This document shows, piece after piece, positions 48,900 through 59,567 of a stretch of DNA of 64,000 nucleotides. The stretch is from an uncultured Verrucomicrobiae bacterium (GTDB taxonomy: Bacteria; Verrucomicrobiota; Verrucomicrobiia; Chthoniobacterales; UBA10450). The notes beneath the pieces are model-generated. The model had not been told where the DNA came from and searched no databases. It was given only the letters and a program-made list of their open reading frames with translations. Position 1 is the stretch's first letter, and each line of letters starts with the position of its first letter. The stretch lies in NCBI GenBank assembly GCA_963758535.1, contig CAVWVT010000015.1:202472-266471 (forward strand), read 5' to 3'. The translations under genes were made by a program, and so were the position numbers.

Positions 48900-49869
48900 A
48901 TGCCTGCAACCCTTGACCCTGTTCGTCCCATAGAGCTGAGTGAAATACGCGAAGCGCGTAAGCGCATCGCAGACATAATTGTCCGCACGCCGCTCATTCG
49001 CCTGGAGCTTGGTCCGGACTTCCCTGACATTCGGCTTAAGCTGGAAAATCTGCAGCCGATCAACGCGTATAAGCTCCGCGGCGCGGCTAACGCGGTCGCG
49101 ATGCTTTCCGATGAGGAACGCAGGCGCGGCGTCTGGACGATCAGCGCGGGAAATGCAGGGCAGGGCGTCGCCTATGCGGCCAGACAGGCGGGCATTCCCT
49201 GCGCGGTCGTCGCGATTGAGACGGCGCCGAAAGCGAAGCTTGAGCGAATGCGCGCTCTAGGGGCGAAGCTCTTCGCGGTTTCGTACGAAAGGGCCTGGAA
49301 AGCTCTGGAAGAGCGTGCCTTTCCCGGAATCGACGCAACCTTTGTCCATCCCTTTGACGATCACAATTTCATCGCCGGACATGCAACGATGGGTCTTGAA
49401 ATCCTTGAAGATGCTCCTGAAACCGAAGCGGTGATTGCAGGCATCGGCGGTGGCGGCCTCATCACCGGTGTAGCCAGTCGGCATCAAGGCCCTTAGGCCC
49501 GACATCAAAGTCTGGGGGGCTGAGCCGGAAACCGCTGCGCCTGCCGCCTTATCATTTGAGAAAGGTTCGCCACAGGTTTTCAAGGATTGGAAAGCTTCGT
49601 TTGTCGACGGCGCTGGTGGCCAGAGCATGTTTCCGCGCATGTGGGAACGAATGAAACCATTGGTCGACGGTTACATTGTTGTCGGTCTCGACGAGACGAA
49701 AAGCGCCATGCGACTCATGGCGGAGAAGGTTCGTGTTATTTCAGAAGGCGCGGGTGCCTTGCCACTTGCCGCAGCGCTTACCGGGAAGGCTGGCAAAGGC
49801 CCGATTGTTGCAATCGTTTCTGGAGGTAACATCGACTTGGCGACGTTTAGCGACATCATCTCCGTTTAG
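48900..49869 (+). pseudogene. PLP-dependent threonine ammonia-lyase / serine dehydratase-like enzyme, one frame change (~49480)
   Basis: LENLQPINAYKLRGA (PLP Lys), ISAGNAGQGVAYAA, GIGGGGLITGVAS. Continues in another frame as ...IKALRPDIKVWGAEPE...IVAIVSGGNID. Confidence 0.8.
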
Positions 49870-49958
49870 TCAGTTGTCATTCTGAGCGCGGCGTGGAACC
49901 TCACCAGTTATGATTTCGCCAGGCCACTCGCAGAGAGTATGAGACCTAACGAGATTAG

Positions 49959-50882
49959 CTACTGCGGAGGGGGGACGATCTTATCTACTTCGGCCATCTC
50001 CTCCGGCGTCAGTTTCCAACCGTCAACTTCTGGAGCATTTATTTTTACCTGGTCCGCCGTGCTCGCGCCCGCGATGACGGAAGCAACAGGCTTATGTGCG
50101 AGCAACCAACCGAATGCCAGTTCGAGAATCGTGTGATTACGAGATTGTGCGAAGTCGATTAGCCTTTCCACGACATCGAGGTTCTTACGCGTCACCACCT
50201 TTGGGCCAAAACCTTCACTCGCCCGGCTGCCTTCTGGTGGTTTTTGGCCTTTGCGATACTTGCCGGTAAGTAAACCGCTCGCGAGCGGAAAGTAGGGCAG
50301 AAACGCAATCCCAGCGTGCTCGCAGTCGACCATGATGTCCTTTTCCGGCTCACGGTGAAAGAGACTGAATTCATTTTGAATGCTGACAAAGTGCGCGCCA
50401 TTCATCGCCGCAACTTCCGCTTCGCGCAGCTGCTTGACGCTGAAGTTCGAGCACCCGATCTCGCGCACTTTGCCAGCTCGCACTGCTTCATTGAGCGCGT
50501 AAAGCGTGTCGCCGATCGGCGTGTCCGGATCGGGCTGATGTAGCTGATAGAGATCGATCCAGTCCGTTCCAAGCCGCTGCAGACTCGCTTCTAATGCCCG
50601 TGCCACGTAGTCCGGTTTCGCGCCTTTCCGTTTTTTGTCCATCTCCATCCCAAACTTCGTCGCGATAAAGATCTGATCGCGGCGCGAACCAAGAGCACGG
50701 CTAAGGAATTCTTCGCTTTGTCCCTTGCCGTAAATGTCGGCGGTATCGAAAAAGTTAATACCGGCATCGAGCGCGGCATCGACGACTTTCTTCGTCGCGG
50801 CGGCATCAATGCGCCAGCCAAAATTATTGCAACCAAGTCCCAGAATTGTGACATCGAGGGATCCGATCTTGCGTTTCTCCAT
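49959..50882 (-). CDS. Aldo/keto reductase
   Basis: LGLGCNNFG, FFDTADIYGKGQSEE, IDLYQLHQPD, IGCSNF. 307 aa. Confidence 0.9.
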   Translation of the reverse strand: MEKRKIGSLDVTILGLGCNNFGWRIDAAATKKVVDAALDAGINFFDTADIYGKGQSEEFLSRALGSRRDQIFIATKFGMEMDKKRKGAKPDYVARALEASLQRLGTDWIDLYQLHQPDPDTPIGDTLYALNEAVRAGKVREIGCSNFSVKQLREAEVAAMNGAHFVSIQNEFSLFHREPEKDIMVDCEHAGIAFLPYFPLASGLLTGKYRKGQKPPEGSRASEGFGPKVVTRKNLDVVERLIDFAQSRNHTILELAFGWLLAHKPVASVIAGASTADQVKINAPEVDGWKLTPEEMAEVDKIVPPPQ

Positions 50883-51041
50883 TGTTGTCAGTGTTGCCCG
50901 ATTCGCAGGAATTTTCCATTAACGAATAAGAGCCTGGCGCACCAGCCGAGCACGGCCGCGACAATCCCTGATTGGCCTCTGCCGCCCGTGACGGCGGCAG
51001 CTACAACGGCTGACACGTAAGGGATGCGCAAGTAGGATGAG

Positions 51042-51593
51042 ATGATGGAAAGCACAGCAGCGATTCTCCTGCGCAAACGGAAGCTGAGCGACACGAGCCT
51101 GATTGTATCGTGGTGCACAGCGTCGTTAGGCTGCATTCAGACGGTGGCCAAAGGCGCGCGTCGCGCCCGGAGCCCGTTTGCTGGAAAACTTGATCTGTTT
51201 TTCGAAACGGAGATTCAGATTGCGCGCAGCCGGAGGTCGAACCTGCATACGCTAACGGAGGTAGTGTTGCGCAATCCGTTTGGAGGAATTCGCAAAACGC
51301 ATTTGCGCGCGCAGACTGCCGCCTACTTTGTGGAGTTGATCGAGATTTGCACAGAGTCCGATCACCACGAGCCGGAACTTTTCACGTTATTGCAACGCGC
51401 CTTTGGCTATCTCGATAAACACGATCCCACTTCGAAAGTGGTCGCGCATTTTGAGACCGAGCTCGCGCGAATCGCGGGCGTTCACGATGCGAAAATGCTG
51501 AAGAACGAAGCGGCATTCGCGCTTGGAAATTTGTTCGGCCGTTTGCCTCTCTCGCGCACACCGCTTTTAAGAGCGATAAATTCCGCCGGATGA
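51042..51593 (+). CDS. recO: DNA repair protein RecO (short form)
   Basis: AILLRKRKLSDTSLIVSWCTASLGCIQTVAKGARRARSPFAGKLDLFFE. 183 aa. Confidence 0.78.
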   Translation: MMESTAAILLRKRKLSDTSLIVSWCTASLGCIQTVAKGARRARSPFAGKLDLFFETEIQIARSRRSNLHTLTEVVLRNPFGGIRKTHLRAQTAAYFVELIEICTESDHHEPELFTLLQRAFGYLDKHDPTSKVVAHFETELARIAGVHDAKMLKNEAAFALGNLFGRLPLSRTPLLRAINSAG

Positions 51594-51597
51594 CTTC

Positions 51598-51683
51598 TGT
51601 AGCGGCGGTCTATGACCGCCGCATTAATTCTCTGGCGACGTTGCAAGACCAAATGAATGCGACGGTCATAGACCGCCGCTACA
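51598..51683. repeat. Family-3 palindromic element
   Basis: TGTAGCGGCGGTCTATGACCGCCGC ... GCGACGGTCATAGACCGCCGCTACA. Confidence 0.8.
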
Positions 51684-51735
51684 AGAGAAAGGCTCAAATT
51701 TGTTGACCGGTAGCGAGAAGCGACGCGAATCTCAG

Positions 51736-52317
51736 ATGATGAGCACAAGGATTTTCGTCGCGGTGGTGGCGTTATCGTTCGCGATGGTTTTGAGGGCGAC
51801 TTCGGCCACGGAAACGTTTCAGATCGATTCAGCGCACTCGAGAATCGGCTTCAAAGTGCACCAGGCTTTCGCTTCGGTGACAGGGCGCTTTAAACAATTT
51901 GGCGGCACAATCGAACTCGATCGACAGCATCCGGAAAAATCGTCGGTTACGGCAACGATTCAGGTCAAGAGCATCGATACGGGCATCGCGAAACGCGATG
52001 CGCATTTATGCAAGGCGGAATTTTTTGACGCAGACAAGTTTCCTGAGATCGCATTTAAGAGCCGCAGCGTGAGACAGACTGGACCGGAGGCGGGCGATAT
52101 TCTTGGCGATTTCACCATGCACGGCGTGACAAAGCCGATAACGCTGCACGTCAAACTATTGAATAAGGACGACAAATCTACGCGCTGGCAGGTAACGACC
52201 GAGTCGCTGAGTCGCCGCGAGTTCGGCACGCAATTCGGTAGGACGCTCGAAGGCATCTCGATGATTAGCGACAAGGTCTCCGTGGATATTGAGATTGTCG
52301 CGAATTCTGTGCGTTAG
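51736..52317 (+). CDS. YceI family periplasmic polyisoprenoid-binding protein
   Basis: Signal peptide. FQIDSAHSRIGFKVHQAFASVTGRFKQFGG, TMHGVTKPITL. Confidence 0.85.
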   Translation: MMSTRIFVAVVALSFAMVLRATSATETFQIDSAHSRIGFKVHQAFASVTGRFKQFGGTIELDRQHPEKSSVTATIQVKSIDTGIAKRDAHLCKAEFFDADKFPEIAFKSRSVRQTGPEAGDILGDFTMHGVTKPITLHVKLLNKDDKSTRWQVTTESLSRREFGTQFGRTLEGISMISDKVSVDIEIVANSVR

Positions 52318-52868
52318 AATTTTCGCGACGGAATCAGTTTTCGCGCGAAAAGGAAAACCACGATCGGCCCTACGCTCATACCGCTCGAAGCGGCGACAAG
52401 AAACGGCCAGTTTAGACTGGTGATGCCGTCACGGAAAATCTCTGCCGATCGCGCCAGGAAATATCCGGCGCTGGCTATCGAGATAAGAATCCCGAGGGTT
52501 AACAGTGCTGGCCTAACCAGTGGTAAGACAACGTGCCAATAGATGCCGAACGGTCCGCAGCCGTCCATTGTCGCAGCATCTGCGCGATCGCGTGAAACGT
52601 CTTTGAGAGCGTGCCACAAAAGCACAACGCTGAAACAACCGCACAGCCAATCGATAAACCAGATCCAATCGAGAATGACATTTCCGTTGAAAATAAATGC
52701 ACTGATGAGTTGGGGAACGAACCAGATTTGTGCGGAAAGGAAGATTGCGACGAGGGCGGAAACAGTGCCACGGCCAGTCCAACGAATCCGAGCCAGCGCG
52801 CAGGCAACAAATGTGTAGCTCAATAGCGCGCAAGTCAGATTCGCCACTGCGAGAATTGTCCAGACCAT
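52314..52868 (-). CDS. Short orphan ABC-transporter permease-like protein (MalG/binding-protein-dependent TMD type)
   Basis: EAA-loop-like DAATMDGCGPFGIYWHVVLPLVRPAL. Only 184 aa, and no ATPase or binding protein nearby. Confidence 0.55.
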   Translation of the reverse strand: MVWTILAVANLTCALLSYTFVACALARIRWTGRGTVSALVAIFLSAQIWFVPQLISAFIFNGNVILDWIWFIDWLCGCFSVVLLWHALKDVSRDRADAATMDGCGPFGIYWHVVLPLVRPALLTLGILISIASAGYFLARSAEIFRDGITSLNWPFLVAASSGMSVGPIVVFLFARKLIPSRKF

Positions 52869-52927
52869 GATGTGGGACAGTTTCTAACTTGCCTTCTATT
52901 GTTCGCAAGTTGGAAGCTTGCGCCACA

Positions 52928-53644
52928 ATGCAAGTTGTTATCCCACTTGGAGACTCGGCGCTGCTGATTCGGCTGGAGGAGGATTTTGCTGATTCATCCG
53001 ACCAATCTCTCGGGAACGTGCTCGACGCATTGGCGCGATTGCAGACGGCGCAGATCCCGGGAGTCATCGATCTCGCTCCGGCGTATGCAACCGTTGCTGT
53101 ATTCTTCGACCCGGTTCGTGTCGTCGCAGCTGGGGCGCCGACGACCGGTGTGATCGACTGGTTAACAACAAAAATTCAGGCGGCGCTGCGTAAAGACACG
53201 AAGCGAAAACGAAAAAAGACGGAGCCGCGCGTTGTAGAAATTCCAGTTTGTTACGACGATGAATTCAGTCCTGATCTCGGTGATGTTGCGCAACGCGCCA
53301 AAATCTCGGTGCAGGAAGTGATGAAAATTCATGCCGCGCCGGATTATCGCGTGGCATGCGTGGGTTTCACGCCAGGCTTCGGGTTTTTGAGCGGACTCGA
53401 TCCGAAGATTGCGACGCCGCGGCGTGCGACGCCGCGAAAGGAAGTCCCGGTCGGCTCAGTTGCCATTGGTGGAACTCAGACTGGCGTGTATCCGATTCGT
53501 TCGCCAGGGGGCTGGAACATCATCGGTCGTACTCCGTTTCGAATGTTTGATGTAAAGCGCGATCCTCCGGCTTTGCTTTGTGCGGGTGATCGAGTGCGGT
53601 TTCGCAACATAACGCGTGAAGAATTCGAAAATTTGAAGAAGTGA
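52928..53644 (+). CDS. pxpB: 5-oxoprolinase subunit B (KipI/allophanate hydrolase subunit 1 family)
   Basis: IPVCYDDEFSPDL, VGFTPGFGFL, GSVAIGGTQTGVYPIRSPGGWNIIGRTP. Confidence 0.85.
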   Translation: MQVVIPLGDSALLIRLEEDFADSSDQSLGNVLDALARLQTAQIPGVIDLAPAYATVAVFFDPVRVVAAGAPTTGVIDWLTTKIQAALRKDTKRKRKKTEPRVVEIPVCYDDEFSPDLGDVAQRAKISVQEVMKIHAAPDYRVACVGFTPGFGFLSGLDPKIATPRRATPRKEVPVGSVAIGGTQTGVYPIRSPGGWNIIGRTPFRMFDVKRDPPALLCAGDRVRFRNITREEFENLKK

Positions 53645-53680
53645 GTGCAACGCGAACGTTGATTGTGATTCGTTAGGCAA

Positions 53681-54667
53681 ATGATTGTGCAAGTTCTCCG
53701 GGCGGGACCACTGGCGAGTGTACAGGATCTCGGGCGTTTTGGTCATCGCGCTATCGGCGTCGGTAGCGGCGGAGCGCTCGATCCGTTTGCCGCGCGCGTT
53801 GCAAATCTTCTGGCCGGTAATGAAGAAACGGCCGCGCTGATCGAAATTACGCTCGGTAATTTCCGAATTCGTTTTACGGATGAGCGTGTCATCGCATGGT
53901 GCGGTGGCGCATTCCAGACGCAGGTCGGTCAGGAAAAGGCTTCAGCTGGTCACGCTTTTCTCGTTCATGCAGGCGACGAGCTTGTTGCCAATGCACCTCA
54001 AATTGGGTGTCGGATGTGGCTCGCAATCTCAGGTGGCATTGCTGTTCCATCAATCCTCGGAAGTCGATCCACTGACCTGCGCGCTGGATTCGGCGGTCTC
54101 GATGGCCGCTCGTTACGCGACGGCGATGACTTGCCGCTTGGTGCAATAAATTCGATGAATGACGCGCGCGCGGAGACATTGCGCGAAAAACCGTCATCAA
54201 ATTGGAGCGCGCAGCGCGAATGGGCGATTCCCGCGCTGCGCTACCCAAAGCTACGGATTGTGCGCGGCGTTGATTGGAACCGCTTTGACATTTCTACACA
54301 TCAAAGCCTAACGAGTGAAAAATTTGCCGTTACGCAAGAAGCCGATCGAATGGGAGTTCGTTTGGATGGGCCGGAATTGGAACGAAAGGATTCGGGCGAT
54401 CTGTTGTCGGAAGCAGTCGCACCTGGGACGATGCAAGTTCCTCCAAACGGCCAACCGATTCTTTTGCTCGGAGATTGCCAAACGATTGGTGGTTATCCGA
54501 AGATCGCGCATGTGATCACAGTTGATCTGCCGATCGCGGCGCAACTTTCCACCGGAGATAAAGTGCAGTTTCGAGAAACTTCCCTGGCTGAAGCGCATTC
54601 GCTTTTGCTGCAACGAGAGGAAGACCTCGATCGATTTCGAATCGGCCTCGATCTAAGAACCTCATGA
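53681..54667 (+). CDS. pxpC: 5-oxoprolinase subunit C (KipA/allophanate hydrolase subunit 2 family)
   Basis: VLRAGPLASVQDLGRFGHRAIGVGSGGALD, GTMQVPPNGQPILLLGDCQTIGGYPKIA. Confidence 0.88.
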   Translation: MIVQVLRAGPLASVQDLGRFGHRAIGVGSGGALDPFAARVANLLAGNEETAALIEITLGNFRIRFTDERVIAWCGGAFQTQVGQEKASAGHAFLVHAGDELVANAPQIGCRMWLAISGGIAVPSILGSRSTDLRAGFGGLDGRSLRDGDDLPLGAINSMNDARAETLREKPSSNWSAQREWAIPALRYPKLRIVRGVDWNRFDISTHQSLTSEKFAVTQEADRMGVRLDGPELERKDSGDLLSEAVAPGTMQVPPNGQPILLLGDCQTIGGYPKIAHVITVDLPIAAQLSTGDKVQFRETSLAEAHSLLLQREEDLDRFRIGLDLRTS

Positions 54668-55419
54668 GTCTCTCCGTCGATCTCAATGCGGACCTTGGTG
54701 AAGGCGCCGGTCACGATGAAGATATTCTCGAGTTCGTCAGCTCCGCTAACATCGCCTGCGGATTTCACGCTGGAGATCCGACATCGATTCTCGATTCAAT
54801 TCGCGCGGCGCACGAACTCGAGGTCGCGGTCGGTGCGCATCCGAGTTTTCCCGATCGCGAAAACTTCGGACGCCAGGAAATCGAACTGCCGCCGGAGGAG
54901 ATTTATTCAATCCTGCTTTATCAGCTCGGCGCGTTTCGGGCGCTCGCGTCTGCCGTGGGAGCGGAGGTGAATCACGTCAAGGCGCATGGCGCTCTTTACA
55001 ATATGGCGGCGCGCGATCGCTCGCTGGCAGATGTGATTGCCAACGCCGTTTTCGCGTTCGATCCGAAGCTGATCCTGTTCGTTCCGCCTGGCGGCGTGTT
55101 TGAACGCGCGGCGCAAGAACGCGGATTGCAAATCGCGCGCGAAGTTTTCGCGGATCGCAATTACATGCCGGATGGCACACTGGTGTCGCGGTCGTCGCCG
55201 GATGCTTTTGTGCGCGATCCGCTCGAAGCGGCGGAGCGAGTTATTCGGATGTTACGCGAACAAAAAGTGCGCGCGATCAACGGCGTCGATGTTCCAGTCG
55301 CTGCTGAAACAATTTGTGTGCATGGCGACAATCCAGAAGCGGTGGAGTTTGTGCAAAAATTGCGGGAGCGGCTTGCACGCGAACAGGTCATGATTGCAGC
55401 GCCGGTGCGACAACGATGA
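54664..55419 (+). CDS. pxpA: 5-oxoprolinase subunit A (LamB/YcsF family)
   Basis: DLNADLGEG, ANIACGFHAGDP, VKAHGALYN, ICVHGDNP. Start overlaps the pxpC stop. Confidence 0.9.
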   Translation: MSLSVDLNADLGEGAGHDEDILEFVSSANIACGFHAGDPTSILDSIRAAHELEVAVGAHPSFPDRENFGRQEIELPPEEIYSILLYQLGAFRALASAVGAEVNHVKAHGALYNMAARDRSLADVIANAVFAFDPKLILFVPPGGVFERAAQERGLQIAREVFADRNYMPDGTLVSRSSPDAFVRDPLEAAERVIRMLREQKVRAINGVDVPVAAETICVHGDNPEAVEFVQKLRERLAREQVMIAAPVRQR

Positions 55420-55446
55420 CATTCAAGTCGTTAGGCGATTCCCGGT

Positions 55447-55550
55447 TTGGGGAGCGCAGGCTGCCAGCCTGTGCTTTTCGGCAGCCTGCCGAAAAGATTT
55501 GTCGCCGGCAAGCTGCCGACGACTGCAGGCAAGCTGCCTGCGCTCCCCAG
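55447..55550. repeat. REP/BIME-like palindromic element, family 1
   Basis: TTGGGGAGCGCAGGCTGCCAGCCTGTG CTTTTCGGCAgccTGCCGAAAAG ... GTCGCCGGCAagcTGCCGACGAC TGCAGGCAAGCTGCCTGCGCTCCCCAG. Confidence 0.85.
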
Positions 55551-55566
55551 ACAAGAAAAGGCGACC

Positions 55567-57085
55567 ATGAGCGATTACATCGCTAATCCCGAAGAAGCGC
55601 GGTTGGTTCGGGGCCTCGGTTTGCTCGATGCCACAATGATCGTCGTCGGCTCGATGATCGGCTCCGGGATTTTCATCGTATCGGCAGAATCTTCACGTTT
55701 GATCGGTGCGCCGGGTTGGTTGCTGATGACCTGGGTCATTGCCGGCGTACTCACGATCACAGGCGCGCTTTGCTGCGCGGAACTTGCTGCGATGATGCCG
55801 CGCGCGGGCGGGCCGTACATTTTTCTGCGCGAGGCGTACGGACCGTCCACCGGATTTCTTTATGGTTGGGCGGTGTTTCTCGTTATCCAAACGGGAACGA
55901 TCGCCGCGGTTGCCGTCGCGTTTGCAAAATTCCTTGGCGTGCTCGCGCCGGCGATCGCGACGGAAAATTATCTGATCGCGCCCATTCAGGTCGGCGGTGG
56001 TTATGCGATCAGCCTTTCCACCGAACAACTCGTCGCCGTGCTGCTCATCTTTTTATTAACGTGGAGCAACACGCGCGGGCTTGAACTCGGCAAACTGGTC
56101 CAGAATGTTTTTACGTTCGCAAAAACGGCAGCATTGCTGGCGTTGATCGTGATTGGTCTCTCGTTAGGCTGGAAAGTCGGGTTGCGCGGCGCTTTCCGCA
56201 GATTGGTGGAATCCATCCGCGAACGGTTGGAATCCGCAGGTGGCGCAGCCTGGCCTTACTTTCGTCGGTGCGCTCGCGATTGCAGTTTTGTTAGGCAAAG
56301 CGATGACTGGTCCGCTCTTTGCGCAAACGGCCTGGAACAACGTCACGTTTACCGGCAGCGAGGTGCGCGATCCGGGAAGAAATTTGCCGCGCTCGTTGCT
56401 CATCGGTTGCGCGATTGTCGTGACGCTCTACGTGCTGGCCAACATCGCTTATCTCGCGACGCTTTCCTTTCCCGAGATTCAACATGCGCCACAAAATCGG
56501 GTCGCTGTCGCGGCGATGCGCGCGGTGCTCGGTGCTCCCGGCACGATCGCGATGGCTATCGCGATCATGATTTCCACTTTCGGATGCAACAACGGTCTAA
56601 TTCTCGCCGGCGCCCGCGTCTATTATGCGATGGCACGTGACGCACTTTTTTTCGGCGGCGCAGCGAAGACGAACAAACATCACGCGCCTGCGATCGCGCT
56701 GGCGACTCAAGGCTTGTGGGCTGCATTTCTCACCTTGCCGCGGACTGTGATTACGAATGCAACGAATGGCTCGGTGAGTTACGGCAATGTCTACACGCAG
56801 TTGCTCGAGTACATCGTCTCCGCCGATCTGATTTTTTATGTGCTAATGGTCGGCGCTGTCATTGTTCTCCGGAAAAAGATGCCCGCAGCCGAACGACCAT
56901 ATCGCACGTGGGGTTATCCCGTGGTGCCGCTCATTTATATTTTGATCGCCAGTTTGCTCATCATCGATCTCGCTTGGCTTTCGCCAACAACCTCGGGCAT
57001 TGGTGTGGCGATCGTGCTGACGGGAATTCCCGTTTATCTGATGTGGCGCAAAAGATCGGGTAGGGCGGATGTCTCGTCCGCCTAA
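55567..57085 (+). pseudogene. APC superfamily amino acid permease (LAT/SteT-like), one frame change (~56173, A run)
   Basis: MSDYIANPEEARLVRGLGLLDATMIVVGSMIGSGIF... joins ...FAQTAWNNVTFTGSEVRDPGRNLPRS... (ORFs 55447..56640 and 56240..57085). Confidence 0.85.
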
Positions 57086-57136
57086 CGGAGTGTCTCGCTC
57101 CGTTTCTTATTTGTAGAATCGGAACGAGACGTTCCG
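57086..57136. terminator. Pair of short hairpins between the convergent permease and OPT genes (possible bidirectional terminators)
   Basis: CGGAGtgtctcgCTCCG followed by TTTCTTATTT, and CGGAACGagaCGTTCCG (57120-57136). The two hairpins are also mutually inverted. Confidence 0.4.
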
Positions 57137-57159
57137 ATACACGGCGCGAGGCGACCGCG

Positions 57160-59537
57160 CTACCCGGATGATTTGCGTTTCGACGCGAGAAGCGCGTCGC
57201 GCCCGACGAGATAAAGCAGGACGCAAAGCGCAGCGAACGGAATCAGCGCGAGTACATCGGACGACGGGCCTTCGAAAAATGGATTGTGCGCCGTGCACCA
57301 TTTTTCGATGGCGTCGAAGGTGTCTTTCAACGGAATGTTCAGGAAGGCGAAAACGACTCCGGCCAGTGTCCCACCTGCAATGTAACCGGAGGCCAAGAGC
57401 ACTCCGTTGCTCTTGTCGCCTTCTGCGACGAGCTGATCTTCGGTGAAGTTCGCGCCGGCGTGTTTGCGACGCGTGTATTTGTCGACGAGCCCGCGAATCA
57501 CACCGCCGACCCAAACTGGTGCGGAAGTCGAGATCGGAAGATAAACGCCGACGGCAAAAGCGAGCGAAGGTATTCCGGAAAGCTCGAGCACGATCGAGAT
57601 GAAAACGCCGAGCAGCACGAGTCCCCACGGCAAATGGCCGCCGAGAATTCCCTTGATGATGTAGGACATCAACGTCGCTTTCGGCGCGGTGAACTTCTGC
57701 ACGCTCGAGCCGTCGGGGCGCTTGTCGTAAATGCCGTTGATGCCGGGATCGACGAGATAGACCGGGTGAACCCTGGTCGTTCACGAGGTAACGCCCGGCC
57801 GGTCCGTTATCAGTTGAGGTTTTGTGAAACACAAAATACTCGGTGGCGTCGGCGCCTGCCTGCGCACCAGCGAGGCGTTCACGCTTCGGCTGGCCGCTGG
57901 AATCTTTTTCGAAGTCGGCCGGATTTGCGTGATAAGCGGAGGCAAAGGTGAAGTCTTTGTTGCCCGCCACTGGAATGTAAACCGTGCCGGACTCGTTCAG
58001 CTTCATCAGAATCGGGCCCGATCACCAGGCACGACGCGAGTGTGCCGATGAGAATCGCGATTTGCTGATACTTCGGCGTCGAGCCGATCAGGAATCCCGT
58101 CTTGAGATCCTGCGAGGTCGTGCCGCCATTCGAGGATGCGATGCAAACGATACCGCCGATCGAAAGTGCCGTGACAAAATAGGGCGGCGCTGTCCAACCG
58201 ACGATAAGGAAGACGAGGCATGTTAAGAGCAGCGTCGCCACCGTGATGCCGGAAGTTGGACACGAAGAAGAACCCACTTCGCCGGTGAGACGGGACGAAA
58301 CGGTGGTAAAAAGAAATCCGATCCCGACGATGAGGAGCGCGCCTAACAAGTTGAAACGCAGGTTGAGCTGCGGCGCGAGCATGATGAGCACGAGCAGCAA
58401 AATGATTCCACCGATCACCCATTTCATCGAGAGATCCTGATCGGTGCGCGCGGCCGTGGCTGTTTCCGTGCGCGCGGCACGCAGGTCGGCGAGTCCGCCT
58501 TTTAATCCATGCCAGATCAAAGGCAGCGAACGAATGAGACTGATGATGCCGCCGGCCGCGACGGCGCCGGCACCAATGTAAAGAATGTAGCCGTGCTGGA
58601 TTTGATCGACGCTCATCTCCGCGATCGTGTGACCGGTTTCCGGCGCCACCGGTCCCGCGACTAACGAACCGAAATATTTGATCGCAGGAATCAGAACGAG
58701 ATACGACAAAACGCCGCCGCCCATCATCATCCCGGCGATGCGCGGTCCGATGATGTAACCGACGCCGAGCAATGCCGGATTGTTCTCGAGCGAGATCGAG
58801 GCACCCTGGAAAGGTTTCGCAAAGATCTTCTCGGGGATTTCCTTCATCGCTTTCAGCATTTCGAGCGCGGCGTAATAAAGGAAACCGATGCCAAAACCGC
58901 TGATGATCACCTTGCCGCCGCTGACAGCTTCATCCGCGGCGATCGTGCTGCGCTCATCGGAACGCGCAGCCTCGCGCGATTCCGCCGACGCCCCGGCTTT
59001 CAAGACTTCCGCGCAGGCCGTGCCTTCCGGATACTTCAGATATCCGTGTTGATGAACGATGAGCGCGCGCCGGGTCGGGATCATCATCAGAATGCCCAGC
59101 AACCCGCCGAGAATCGCGACCAACATCACGCGCACGATCTCGAGATCGAACCCGAGGATCATGATCGCGGGCATCGTCACGCCGAGACCGAAAGCAATCG
59201 ATTCGCCCGCTGAGCCGGCAGTCTGGACGATGTTGTTCTCGAGAATGGTCGAATCGCGCAGGCCGAACTTCGAGAGCACCCGGAAGGTGGTGATTGCAAG
59301 AACCGCGACCGGAATCGACGCACTGACCGTGACGCCGACCTTGAGGACGAGATAAAGCGACGAGGCGCCGAAAACGATCCCGAGTAACGTGCCAATGATG
59401 ATGGGAAGCGGCGTAAACTCGCGCAGCTTTATGTTAGCCGGAATGAACGGGCGAAAGTTGGCGAGAATCGGATTCTCAGGTCTTGCGCCCACGATATCCG
59501 GCATTTCGTTAGGCGGATTTCGCGGGTCGATTTTCAA
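57160..59537 (-). pseudogene. OPT family oligopeptide transporter (copy 1), two frame changes (~58010, ~57780)
   Basis: Pieces 57879..59537, 57107..58006 (part) and 57160..57702. EFTPLPIIIGTLLGIVFGASSLYLVLKVG, ...GYIAGGTLAGVVFAF... Confidence 0.85.
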
Positions 59538-59567
59538 GACGGAACTTTCGCAGTGCTGCGCCCTGGC

